Assembly: GCA_036504555.1 (NCBI GenBank)
Contig: DASXUZ010000080.1
Location: 4,003 to 68,002 of the forward strand
Source: Prolixibacteraceae bacterium
GTDB taxonomy: Bacteria; Bacteroidota; Bacteroidia; Bacteroidales; Prolixibacteraceae
Length of the DNA: 64,000 bases
Reading direction: 5' to 3'
Made by a program: the position numbers and the translations under genes. Below the pieces are notes generated by a model. It worked only from the letters and a program-made list of their open reading frames with translations, had not been told where the DNA came from and did no database searches. Positions 8,878 to 18,384 of this stretch are shown here, one piece after another (positions within the stretch are counted from its first letter, which is position 1; each line of letters starts with the position of its first letter).

Positions 8878-11295
8878 CTATTTCGCAATATTCAGGTTGT
8901 CAGTTTCCTCAGGGAATTCAGCATCGTAGTCAGTGGTGTCATTCTCATCTTCCTCATCGTAAATTTCAATGATCGGTTCCGTAAATGACTTACTGGTCAG
9001 TCGTTTATCGAGCGAGAGCAAAAGTGAAGGGAGCACCATGATATTGAAGAACATGGCGATGAGCAGCGTGGTAGAGATCAGGATTCCCAGCGCCTGGGTA
9101 CCTCCAAATTCAGAAACAATGAACACGCTGAAGCCCAACACCAACACGATACTGGTGTAGATCATGCTGAACCCAGCCTCACGCAGGGCGCTGATGGCTG
9201 ATTGTCTGATATTGCCATCGGTCATTTTCAGCTCGTGCCGGTAACGCGAAAGGTACTGGATGGCATTGTCGACCGATATGCCCAGCGCGATACTAAATAC
9301 GATGATGGTCGATGGTTTGATGGGGATACCAGCAAATCCCATGATGGCAGCCGTTATCAGCAAGGGAATGATATTGGGGATCATCGATACCAGGATCATG
9401 CGCAAGGAGGAAAACAACAGGGCCATGAGCAACGAAATAAGCAGGATGGCAATGCCCACGCTCTCAAACAGGTTTCGGATCAGGAAATTGGTTCCTTTTG
9501 CATAGACCACGCTGTTACCAGTCAGTTTTACATCAAATTTGGCAGGATCAAAAATGCTGTCCACCTTTGGATGGATGGAAGCCATGAGCGAATCCATGTG
9601 TTTGGTGCCCACATCAGCCATCTGAAAACTGATCCGGGTAATTTGTTTGGTGCTGTCGAGAAACGATTTTAACAATGCGGAACCTTCTCCCTGCACGTTC
9701 TGGGGAATATAGCTCAATATAAAGTTCTTTTCCATTGAGCTGGGAAGGGCATATTTGGTGGAATCGCCTCCATAGTAGGATTGTCGTGCAAACTTTAATA
9801 CTTCGATCAGTGAAAGGGGTTTCGAAAATTCGGGATGCTGATTGATTGTTTTCTGCAACTGATCGATCTTCTGCATGGTCGAATAGGTCATGATACCGTT
9901 CTTCTTCCTGGTATCGACTGAAATTTCGAAGGGCATCACCCCGCCAAAGTTCTTCTCAAAGAATTTCAGATCCAGGTAAATGGGATCATTGGCCCTGAAA
10001 TCATCGACTATCTTTCCTGAAGTTTTCATCATCCACAGCCCCACGCTTGCAACAATCACAAGTGCGGCAGCGATGCCGTAGATCAGTTTGCGGCGCTCAC
10101 TGATCAAATGGATAATCTTATCAAGAACAGCCCCAAAGAAGTTGCTGTCGAGGTGTTTTAAATGTTTGGGCTTCGGAGGTGCCACCAGGCTAAAAATGAT
10201 CGGCAGCAAGATAATGCTGAGCACATATAAAACCATGATGTTGATAGAAGTCACCACACCAAATTCGCGCAGCATCTGGTTGGGAACCAGGATAAAGGCG
10301 GCGAATCCAAGGGCAGTCGCTGCATTGGTCATCAAGGAAGCGAAGCCGATTCGCTGGATCACCATCGACAATGCCCGCATTTTATTGCCATGACTTCTGA
10401 ATTCCCAATGGTATTTGTTGAGAATATAGATACAGTTCTCAATGACGATAATCACAATGAGCGATGGAATCACTCCGGTGAGGATGGTTATCTTGAAATT
10501 AAACAGGACGGTTGTGCCCAACACCCAGAGGATGCTGATCCCCACTACCAACAGAGAGCTGAATACTACCTTCAACGACCTGAAAAACAAGAACATGATA
10601 AACGCGGCTACCACGATGCTCAGGATAATAAACAGGAAGAGCTCGTGCTTGACCTTCTGCATGGTCACTGTACGGATATAGGGTATTCCTGAATAATGGA
10701 TATCGACCTTGTTGGCCGTTCGATAGGCTTCAACAGTTTTGACAATCTGATTGATCAGGGGGATGCGGCTGATATCGTTTAGTTTCTTTTTGTCAAGGGT
10801 GATGGTCATTAAGGTTGCCTTGGTGCGCGAATTATAAAGCAATCCCTCATAGATTTTAAGGCTCAGGAACTTGGTTTTCAGGCTGTCGACCTCGGCTTGA
10901 GTGCCTGGCCTTTTTCGCACCAGGGGAAACACATCGAATTGGTGAGTTGAATCGTTTTTAACCAGGTTGATCGCCTTTGAAATACTTAAAACTTCGCGAA
11001 CACCTTCTATTTTGCGGATGGAAACGGCCAAATCGTCCCAGGCATTTAGCTGCTCAAGTTTAAAAATGTCGGGATTGATGGCTCCAATGACGATTACATT
11101 GCCGTCTTCACCAAAGAGCGCCTTGAACTTCTGATATTCAATTTTGGTACTGTCCTTGTCGGGTAACAGCGAAGAGTTTTCGTATGATAGCCTGACATCT
11201 TTTGCCTTGTAAGCCATGAAAGCAGTCGACAGGGCAAGGATCACAATCAGTAAAGTCCTGTTCTTTAAAATGAATCGGGAGATATGTATAAACAT
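8878..11295 (-). CDS. MMPL/RND-superfamily membrane transporter
   Basis: Two repeats of TM cluster plus large loop, with HYSGIPYIR and LGISVDNAIQYLSRY motifs. Confidence 0.88.
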   Translation of the reverse strand: MFIHISRFILKNRTLLIVILALSTAFMAYKAKDVRLSYENSSLLPDKDSTKIEYQKFKALFGEDGNVIVIGAINPDIFKLEQLNAWDDLAVSIRKIEGVREVLSISKAINLVKNDSTHQFDVFPLVRKRPGTQAEVDSLKTKFLSLKIYEGLLYNSRTKATLMTITLDKKKLNDISRIPLINQIVKTVEAYRTANKVDIHYSGIPYIRTVTMQKVKHELFLFIILSIVVAAFIMFLFFRSLKVVFSSLLVVGISILWVLGTTVLFNFKITILTGVIPSLIVIIVIENCIYILNKYHWEFRSHGNKMRALSMVIQRIGFASLMTNAATALGFAAFILVPNQMLREFGVVTSINIMVLYVLSIILLPIIFSLVAPPKPKHLKHLDSNFFGAVLDKIIHLISERRKLIYGIAAALVIVASVGLWMMKTSGKIVDDFRANDPIYLDLKFFEKNFGGVMPFEISVDTRKKNGIMTYSTMQKIDQLQKTINQHPEFSKPLSLIEVLKFARQSYYGGDSTKYALPSSMEKNFILSYIPQNVQGEGSALLKSFLDSTKQITRISFQMADVGTKHMDSLMASIHPKVDSIFDPAKFDVKLTGNSVVYAKGTNFLIRNLFESVGIAILLISLLMALLFSSLRMILVSMIPNIIPLLITAAIMGFAGIPIKPSTIIVFSIALGISVDNAIQYLSRYRHELKMTDGNIRQSAISALREAGFSMIYTSIVLVLGFSVFIVSEFGGTQALGILISTTLLIAMFFNIMVLPSLLLSLDKRLTSKSFTEPIIEIYDEEDENDTTDYDAEFPEETDNLNIAK

Positions 11296-11507
11296 CGTGG
11301 AAGATAAATTATCTAATTTTCAGCATTGTATCAAAGGAATTACATCCCTATAAATTTTGTTTTTAAAATGCCGGATAAAGCCCACCAATTCGTATTTTTA
11401 TGGTCTTGTTAGTCTATACAAACAGGTAATTTTTATTTTCAGCAGCGGCAAAAATAGTTATTTAGAAATAAAAAATGAATTGTGATACAACATTCGTTAA
11501 TCTAGAT

Positions 11508-11515
11508 TAATTTTG
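11508..11515 (+). promoter_or_regulatory. Bacteroidota primary-sigma -7 box
   Basis: TAATTTTG matches TAnnTTTG just upstream of the K+ transporter gene. Confidence 0.55.
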
Positions 11516-11534
11516 ACTCCAATATTCGTCTTAT

Positions 11535-13349
11535 ATGTTTCTTTCAAAGTTGCCATTCTTCAAGTTTAATTGGGAAAAAGATAATTTTAGTCTGAAAAGC
11601 ATCATCAACTGGATACTTTTCGTTTTTACGTTTTGCCTTTTTGTCATGGCATTACTCGAAATTGGTTTTCGTAAACCGGGCGATTATTACGGGGACCATA
11701 TTTATAACCTGTTTTTTCGGATTTCATATTCTGTTGTTGGAATTTTATACCTGGTTCGTTCTATTTTTTTCAAAGGCAATACCGCCAACCGAAAGGTATA
11801 CTTCACACAACTCCTGATCGGCATTTTCCTTGTCCTTTTCTTCATTCCCATTTTTGTGGTGAGCTATGGCGAGACTTTTGAATACTACATGTATCAAACT
11901 TCAGGCATCCAGATGCTCTCTTTCCTGTTGTTTTTTCTTGAATTGTCAAGGATGGAACTCAATGTGATGATCAAAGTGTTGAACCCTGCTCAATTGTTTA
12001 TGGTGAGCTTCGCTTTTTTCATTTTTGTGGGTGCCACCTTGTTAATGATGCCCATGTCGACTACATCGCCCATCAATTTTATTGATGCTCTTTTCACCTC
12101 TACCAGTGCGGTGTGTGTGACCGGATTAACAGTTGTTGATACCGCTACCAGGTACACATTTCTAGGGAAATTTATCATCCTGGGCTTGATTCAGGTCGGT
12201 GGAATCGGTGTGATGACCATCACCAGCTTTTTTGGTATCTTCTTCAAAGAAAAAGCGTCTTTTCGCGAACAGTCTATGTTGCGCGATTACCTGAGTGAAG
12301 ATAGCTTTGATGCCATTTTGAAGTCATTGATGAAAGTGGTGCTCATTACCTTATTGATCGAAGCAATCGGAGCTACATGTGTATACTGGTCCCTAGAAAA
12401 GAATGCTTTGGGATCGGTGAGTGACAACCTGAAATTTTCAATCTTTCATTCCATCTCTGCTTTTTGCAATGCCGGTTTTTCAACCTTGACCGATAATTTA
12501 TACGATGTACGTATCAGGACCAATTACAGCGTTCATGTTTGGTTGGCCAACCTCATTGTATTGGGAGGAATTGGATTCCCGGTGTTACTGAATTTATATC
12601 AATATTGTAAAAGCCAGGTCATTTGGGTGATCCAATACATCAAAACGCGTAAACCTTACCAGCACCGGGTAGGAATGATCACTTTAAACTCAAAAATAGT
12701 GATCTTTTCCACCTTTATCCTGTTGGTCTTTGGAACGCTGGCCTTTATGTACTTTGAAGCCCAACATACCCAATTGGGCATGGATACCAAAGCACGATTG
12801 GCGATGTCCTATTTCCAAAGTGTTACGCCCCGAACTGCGGGATTTAATAATTTCAGTATGTCAGCTCTGGCAATGCCCTCCATACTGATCATGACCTTTC
12901 TAATGTGGATCGGAGCTTCGCCCGTATCGACCGGGGGTGGTATCAAAACCAGTACATTTGCCCTGGCAATTCTGAACAGCTTCCGAATCATGAAAGGGAA
13001 AAATCACATTGAGGTGCACCGTTACGAAATTCACGAGTATTCGGTCAACAAAGCTTTTGCGATTATCACCCTCTCGATTTTCATTATCATTGTTGGTGCT
13101 TTTGGCATATATATTTTCGATGGACAAGCTGGCATGGTAAAAATCATCTTTGAATGTTTTTCGGCCTTTGGAACCGTAGGATTATCGTTGGAATTAACAC
13201 CCCATTTAACTGCTCAGTCAAAAACAATTCTAATTTTGCTCATGTATGTGGGGCGAATGGGAAGCATTACCCTGTTGCTCTCACTGGTAAAATCGTATGG
13301 TAATTCGTCTTTGTACCGTTACCCAAAAGAGAATGTAATAATAACTTAG
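11535..13349 (+). CDS. trkH: Trk/Ktr potassium uptake membrane subunit with N-terminal TM extension
   Basis: Filter motifs STSAVCVTGL, SAFCNAGF, TPRTAGFN, GGGIKTST and SAFGTVGLS. Confidence 0.93.
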   Translation: MFLSKLPFFKFNWEKDNFSLKSIINWILFVFTFCLFVMALLEIGFRKPGDYYGDHIYNLFFRISYSVVGILYLVRSIFFKGNTANRKVYFTQLLIGIFLVLFFIPIFVVSYGETFEYYMYQTSGIQMLSFLLFFLELSRMELNVMIKVLNPAQLFMVSFAFFIFVGATLLMMPMSTTSPINFIDALFTSTSAVCVTGLTVVDTATRYTFLGKFIILGLIQVGGIGVMTITSFFGIFFKEKASFREQSMLRDYLSEDSFDAILKSLMKVVLITLLIEAIGATCVYWSLEKNALGSVSDNLKFSIFHSISAFCNAGFSTLTDNLYDVRIRTNYSVHVWLANLIVLGGIGFPVLLNLYQYCKSQVIWVIQYIKTRKPYQHRVGMITLNSKIVIFSTFILLVFGTLAFMYFEAQHTQLGMDTKARLAMSYFQSVTPRTAGFNNFSMSALAMPSILIMTFLMWIGASPVSTGGGIKTSTFALAILNSFRIMKGKNHIEVHRYEIHEYSVNKAFAIITLSIFIIIVGAFGIYIFDGQAGMVKIIFECFSAFGTVGLSLELTPHLTAQSKTILILLMYVGRMGSITLLLSLVKSYGNSSLYRYPKENVIIT

Positions 13350-13360
13350 AATGATTTAAT

Positions 13361-14029
13361 ATGAACATTGTAGTCATCGGATTAGGAAATTTTGGGGCTT
13401 CTCTTGCAAAAATTCTTACCTCATTGGGTCATGATGTATTGGGGGTGGATAACGATTTGGCCAGGGTTGAATACTTTAAAGACGCTGTTGCCAATACCAT
13501 CAGTCTGGATGCTACCGATCCGCACGCCCTGCGACTGTTACCTCTCAAGGAAGCAGATGTATTTGCAGTCTGTATTGGTGACGATTTCGGGATTTCTGTC
13601 AAAATTGCGGCATTGCTGAAGAAATTTGGCGTTGCAAGGGTCATTTGTCGCGAAAGTTCATCGATTCATCTGACAGTGCTCAATGCCATTGGCATCAAAG
13701 AGACCATTAACCCAGAGTACGAATGGGCAAAGATTTTTGCTCAGAAACTTCCATTGGTTGGCATCCAAAACCTGTTCTCTATTACCGAATCATTCAAGAT
13801 TGTGGACCTTTTTGTGCCTATTTCGCTGATTGGCAAAAAGTTTTCACCTGCCAATTTTAGAAAAGAGATGCACCTAAAGATAATTGCTTTGAAAAGGAAC
13901 CACCGAATCGTTTATTCTTCTGCTCTGGCAGCCGAAGATGAAGATAAAAATGAAATTGAATTCAAGGAAAACGACACCTTGGTTTTGGTGGGCGAATTAC
14001 GTGACATTAAAAGGTTCCTCCATGGCTAA
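13361..14029 (+). CDS. trkA: Trk/Ktr potassium uptake RCK (NAD-binding) subunit
   Basis: IGLGNFG Rossmann motif, INPEYE and a TrkA-C-like tail; co-oriented 11 bp after trkH. Confidence 0.92.
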   Translation: MNIVVIGLGNFGASLAKILTSLGHDVLGVDNDLARVEYFKDAVANTISLDATDPHALRLLPLKEADVFAVCIGDDFGISVKIAALLKKFGVARVICRESSSIHLTVLNAIGIKETINPEYEWAKIFAQKLPLVGIQNLFSITESFKIVDLFVPISLIGKKFSPANFRKEMHLKIIALKRNHRIVYSSALAAEDEDKNEIEFKENDTLVLVGELRDIKRFLHG

Positions 14030-14261
14030 TGTCAGGTCTCAGCTGTTGTGACGATTTAAGAGTGGGCTATATTCCTTGGTTGTGCAATTTATTGGATTCG
14101 TCCCACTCATGGGTAATTGATAATATGAATACCTGGTATTTTTCAATCCAGCAATTGACGACCATATAAGTGTATTTAGAGGTTTTCAGTGAAAAAGGAT
14201 TGATTCTTCAAATACCCAGGGCTTACACCAAATTACAGGACCTCATCAATTCAAATCCATG

Positions 14262-14433
14262 TTGCACCGTTTGCACGATTTGCACGATTTGCACGCCTGA
14301 TAGTTTTATTTGATCCAGTTCAATGGTTTGTTCTTTTGAGAAAGGGAAAGTAGAAAAAGGGAGAAAATGTAAATCGTGAGAATCATGCAAACCATGCAAA
14401 TCGTGCAAAACGTGCAAAACGTGCAAAGTGCTC
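14262..14433. repeat. Foldback element family 1, copy A: 4x TTGCACGAT-like 9-mers, spacer, 7 inverted 9-mers
   Basis: TTGCACCGT TTGCACGAT TTGCACGAT TTGCACGCC ... TGCAAATCG TGCAAAACG TGCAAAACG TGCAAAGTG CTC. Homologous over its whole length to 37426-37569. Confidence 0.92.
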
Positions 14434-14602
14434 ATTAAATGGCAGTATGCGGGGTGGGTAGATTTATACTTGCTCTTTGGGTTTTACCCCCATGGATGAT
14501 CGGGCAAACTTATTGGCAATGTTTTAGTATAAAGTAACCACTCAAATTATTCCAGCGGAATGCATTTCTGTGAAGACCCGTTTTTAAAGATCTATGCCAA
14601 AA

Positions 14603-14636
14603 TAGACCTATTACTCGAGACACGACAATAGGTCTA
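14603..14636 (-). terminator. Hairpin overlapping the apbE stop codon
   Basis: 10-bp stem TAGACCTATT / AATAGGTCTA. Confidence 0.55.
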
Positions 14637-15641
14637 ATCCTCTTCCACAATCATTTTCTTCATTCCTTCCGAGAAGTAAACCTCATAGACGCCCTCGGGA
14701 TTGCTGTACACAAAATAAACTTCAATTCCCTTTAGTTTTGAAAGCAGTTCCTTGCTTTTGTCAATTCCCACGACCATAAAAGCAGTTGCCCAGGCATCAG
14801 CCGTGATGCAATCATCACATACGACCGTGGCACTCAACAAGGTATTGCGGGCTGGGAATCCTGTTTTAGGATCAATCGTATGGGCATATTTCACCCCATC
14901 CTCCACAAAAAACTTCCGATAGTTTCCAGAAGTGGCAAGGGCTTTGTTGTCAATTTCGATGATCGCCTCCAGGTCGTTACCAGGCATCATATTGCCCTCT
15001 GAAGGCCGATCGATGCCAATGTGCCACAATTTATCCTTGCCATTGGTCCCTTTTCCCCGAACTTCTCCCCCAATTTCAACGAGGTAATTTTTAATACCTT
15101 TCTCTTTAAAAAAATCACAGACAACATCTACCGAATAACCCTGGGCAATGGCATTCACATCGATTTTTACACCAGGATATTGCTTGATCACTTTATGGCC
15201 TTCAAGTTTTACCTTATCCATTCCAACATATTGCAGCAAGCTGTCGATGTATGCTGTATCGTGCTTGGCAACAGGGCCATTTCCAAACCCCCAGGCACTA
15301 ACAACAGGGCCAACGGTAATGTCGAAAGCTCCTCCTGAAACGATGTTCACCTCAGCCGATTTATTGAAAACTTCCACGAACCAGTTGTCAGCTTCAACGG
15401 TGGGATCATTGTTGTTAATCCTTGAAATAATAGAGGTTGAATCGTAAATGGAAAGTGACCGATCAAAAGCCTTCAGAATGGAGTCAATGTCAGTGCTGTA
15501 ATCCTTGTTGTTTGAATTCTCATAGGTAATGTGGTAGGTAGTGCCTTGTGCAAATCCTGAAATCTTCAGGTATTCACTTTTTTTATCCCGGCAGGAGGCC
15601 ATTAACAGAATGGATATCAATGCAAGAAAGGTAAATTTCAT
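14634..15641 (-). CDS. apbE: FAD:protein FMN transferase (lipoprotein)
   Basis: Lipobox LMASC, GFAQGTTYHI, IDVNAIAQGY, EIGGEV, ATSGNYR, HTIDPKTG and ADAWATA. Start placed at MKFTF. Confidence 0.95.
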   Translation of the reverse strand: MKFTFLALISILLMASCRDKKSEYLKISGFAQGTTYHITYENSNNKDYSTDIDSILKAFDRSLSIYDSTSIISRINNNDPTVEADNWFVEVFNKSAEVNIVSGGAFDITVGPVVSAWGFGNGPVAKHDTAYIDSLLQYVGMDKVKLEGHKVIKQYPGVKIDVNAIAQGYSVDVVCDFFKEKGIKNYLVEIGGEVRGKGTNGKDKLWHIGIDRPSEGNMMPGNDLEAIIEIDNKALATSGNYRKFFVEDGVKYAHTIDPKTGFPARNTLLSATVVCDDCITADAWATAFMVVGIDKSKELLSKLKGIEVYFVYSNPEGVYEVYFSEGMKKMIVEED

Positions 15642-15819
15642 GGCTATTGTGTTTGCTGATTGGTAAATTTTCATGACAAATGTAGAATATATAAGCTAGG
15701 CCAACAAATGATCAGCTTAGAGGTTGAAAGTTTCTTTTCCCATATTGAAACCTACTTTTCATTTTAATCATTAATTTGGTGCCCGATAAAATTAACACAA
15801 GAATTCAAATATAGAACCC

Positions 15820-16710
15820 ATGAATGGTATTCGATTATTCGCTTTCATCGCCCTTTGCATGATCTCACTGATTTCATCCGCAGCTCCCGACAAAAAGGAA
15901 GAGATAAAACTTCGCCTCTTTAGAGGGGAACATTATACCTATGACATTACCCAGGAAAATACCATTAAGCAGGATCCCGGGGATGAAGTCATGTTGTCAC
16001 AAAAGATTGGATTAAAAATCCGCCAGGATGTAATTGAAAGGCTCGGAAACGGAAACTTCGTGATGGAAGCTTCCTTCCTGAGTTTCAATTTATTCATGGA
16101 TCACAAAGGAATCAAGCAACGATACACTTCAGATACAGTGAATGTTCAAAATAAATTGTACAAATCATTGAACTTTTTGACGACCATCAAACTGAACTAT
16201 GAAGTTTCGCCCGAGGGGGTGGTAAGTAAACTAACTGGATTCGAAACCATTACAGAATATATCCAATTCGATCCAGAGTTGTCCAGGCTGCTCCGATGTT
16301 TCGGCAGTGAAGAGTTCATGACTGAATTTTACAATTATATTCCTGCCCAAAATGTTGCAGTGGGTGACCATTGGAGCGCAGGAGGAATTTTGCCCGATAT
16401 GATGAAATTGAAATACGACATTCTCTATACCCTCAAGGAGGCATCGGTTCAAAACCTGACACTGAACAGGGGAGCCTCTTTTAACTATTCAACTGAGGTA
16501 CCCCTGGCGGGCGACAAAACTGGCCAGCTCAATGAAACCGGATCCCAAAAAGGCATTCTGATCCTTGATCCAAAAACACACATGTGCATATCCTCTGACT
16601 TGGATCAGCAAATAGAGATTAACTTGCCCAGTGAAAACAAACCAGATGAAGAAAAAATCACCCCCCTAAAAGTGAATACCCGTACAAAAATACTTTTGGT
16701 AAAAAAATAA
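15820..16710 (+). CDS. Secreted hypothetical protein (DUF6263-like)
   Basis: Signal peptide, an LRLFRGEHYTY...Q pattern, and P.QNVAVGDHW typical of this Bacteroidota family. Confidence 0.65.
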   Translation: MNGIRLFAFIALCMISLISSAAPDKKEEIKLRLFRGEHYTYDITQENTIKQDPGDEVMLSQKIGLKIRQDVIERLGNGNFVMEASFLSFNLFMDHKGIKQRYTSDTVNVQNKLYKSLNFLTTIKLNYEVSPEGVVSKLTGFETITEYIQFDPELSRLLRCFGSEEFMTEFYNYIPAQNVAVGDHWSAGGILPDMMKLKYDILYTLKEASVQNLTLNRGASFNYSTEVPLAGDKTGQLNETGSQKGILILDPKTHMCISSDLDQQIEINLPSENKPDEEKITPLKVNTRTKILLVKK

Positions 16711-16808
16711 ATGAACACCCATTGAAGGTAAATGGGTCAAGTGCCTGAATATTTGAAATGATTGCCTAATTTTGAATAGCGGCTTGTAACTCTCTTCAAC
16801 CAGCAATC

Positions 16809-17348
16809 ATGAAACAGGCACCACGACGGTTTGATATCAGACGAATCATTATTTTCGTTCTTCTGGTCACTCTTATGACCCTAATTGCCTCGCTGACCAT
16901 CGGTAAAGAGATATATAAAAGCAATGAGAACGGACTGTTCTCCTTTGCCATTGTGAATTTTTCGGGCTATCTGTTCTTCTTTCTCTTTATGCCCATTGAG
17001 CTGGCCTTCATCATTTACCTTCACGCTGGGTACGATCCCCTGATGCTCAACCTGGTGGCATTGTCAACAGCCATTGGTTCACAGGCCATCGATTACCTGA
17101 TCGGATATTATTTCAGCACCGATATTATCGACCGCTTGATAGGCCGCAAACGGTATGAAAAAGCAGAAGATAAAATCCACCAATACGGCAACCTGGCCCT
17201 ATTTTTTGGCAATTTCCTACCCGTTTCGTCCCCTGTGATTTCACTGGCTGCGGGTATGCTCAAATATAGGATCAAAAATGCCTTGTTTTTCAGCACCTGC
17301 GGATTGATCTGCCGATACGTTTTACTTACACTGATTTTTTCAAGCTAA
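16809..17348 (+). CDS. DedA/VTT (SNARE-associated) membrane protein
   Basis: Hydrophobic; GSQAIDYLIGY and FFGNFLPVSSPVISLAAGMLKY. A TAATTTTG box lies at 16767-16774. Confidence 0.8.
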   Translation: MKQAPRRFDIRRIIIFVLLVTLMTLIASLTIGKEIYKSNENGLFSFAIVNFSGYLFFFLFMPIELAFIIYLHAGYDPLMLNLVALSTAIGSQAIDYLIGYYFSTDIIDRLIGRKRYEKAEDKIHQYGNLALFFGNFLPVSSPVISLAAGMLKYRIKNALFFSTCGLICRYVLLTLIFSS

Positions 17349-17379
17349 GAATCCTTCGTTCAGACCTTCAGACATTGAA

Positions 17380-18213
17380 TCATAGCAAGTCCGCTTCCAG
17401 CAACAGCTCTTCCATTTCTACCTGAACATTGATCGCTTCGTTACGTGCCTTTTCGGCAAAGTCCACACCATCGGATGCATAAATAATCTGGCGCGATGAA
17501 TTGACCAGCAATCCACACTTGTCGTTCATGCCGTATTTGGCCACCTCTTCCAGGCTTCCACCTTGTGCACCAACACCGGGGACCAACAGAAAATGATCAG
17601 GAACCAACTCCCTGATTTCTTCCAGCTTCTCGGCCTTGGTAGCTCCTACCACATACATCATATTATCGGTAGTTCCCCATTGCTGCGAGGTTTTAAGCAC
17701 TGTTTCAAACAATTGTTCCCCTGTTTCAGCATTCTTCAGAAATTGAAAATCGGAGGCTCCCTTGTTCGAAGTCAAGGCCAGCAGAATGACCCAGCGGTCA
17801 AGGTAAGTCATAAACGGTTTGATGGAGTCTTCGCCCATGTAAGGAGCAACAGTGACGGCATCAAAATCCATGTGATCGAAAAATGCCCTTGCATACAGAT
17901 TCGAGGTGTTGCCTATATCGCCACGCTTGGCATCGGCAATAATGAATTGTTCAGGATACTTCTCCCGGATATACTTCACCGTTTTTTCAAGGCTGATCCA
18001 TCCGGCCACTCCCTGGCTTTCATAGAAAGCAAGGTTGGGTTTATAGGCCACGCACAAATCCTGTGTGGCATCAATAATTTCCTTGTTGAAGGCAAAAATA
18101 GGATCACTCGTCTCATTCAGGAAACGGGGAATCTTCAGAATATCCGTGTCCAATCCGATGCACAGGAAGCTGCGCTTCAGTTTGATCTGTTCAAAAAGTT
18201 CTTCTCTATTCAT
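17380..18213 (-). CDS. pyrF: Orotidine-5'-phosphate decarboxylase (type 2)
   Basis: [44 protein letters not shown] and NSSRQII. Confidence 0.97.
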   Translation of the reverse strand: MNREELFEQIKLKRSFLCIGLDTDILKIPRFLNETSDPIFAFNKEIIDATQDLCVAYKPNLAFYESQGVAGWISLEKTVKYIREKYPEQFIIADAKRGDIGNTSNLYARAFFDHMDFDAVTVAPYMGEDSIKPFMTYLDRWVILLALTSNKGASDFQFLKNAETGEQLFETVLKTSQQWGTTDNMMYVVGATKAEKLEEIRELVPDHFLLVPGVGAQGGSLEEVAKYGMNDKCGLLVNSSRQIIYASDGVDFAEKARNEAINVQVEMEELLLEADLL

Positions 18214-18218
18214 GTGTT

Positions 18219-18384
18219 AAAAAAAGATTACACGGATTTCAAAAAAAAAGATTACACGGATTGCTTCCATGTTTTCTTATTTCTTATTCCTCATTTATTA
18301 TTTCTTATTTCTAATTTGAAATGAATGATTAACCATCCAACCATTTAACCATCTAACCCTTCAACCATCTAACCATTAACCATT
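18219..18384. repeat. Three adjacent simple-repeat blocks filling the prfA-pyrF spacer
   Basis: 2x AAAAAAAGATTACACGGATT (18219, 18243); 7x 7-bp TTTCTTA-like (18273-18321); 7x 7/8-bp AACCATCT-like (18331-18384). Confidence 0.9.

Noticed and set aside
11296-11534. c-di-AMP or other riboswitch upstream of the K+ transporter
   Set aside because: The -7 box is only about 20 bp from the start codon, and no structured leader is visible.
14223-14435. His-periodic ORF (LHVLHVLHDLH...) that looks like a metal-binding peptide
   Set aside because: It is a by-product of the 9-bp repeat; the homologous copy at 37426 does not keep the frame.
17563-18324. Long antisense ORFs (e.g. 17563-18324, 3513-4262, 54235-54987, 39675-40241)
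   Set aside because: They are shadows of well-supported genes on the opposite strand and have no recognisable motifs.
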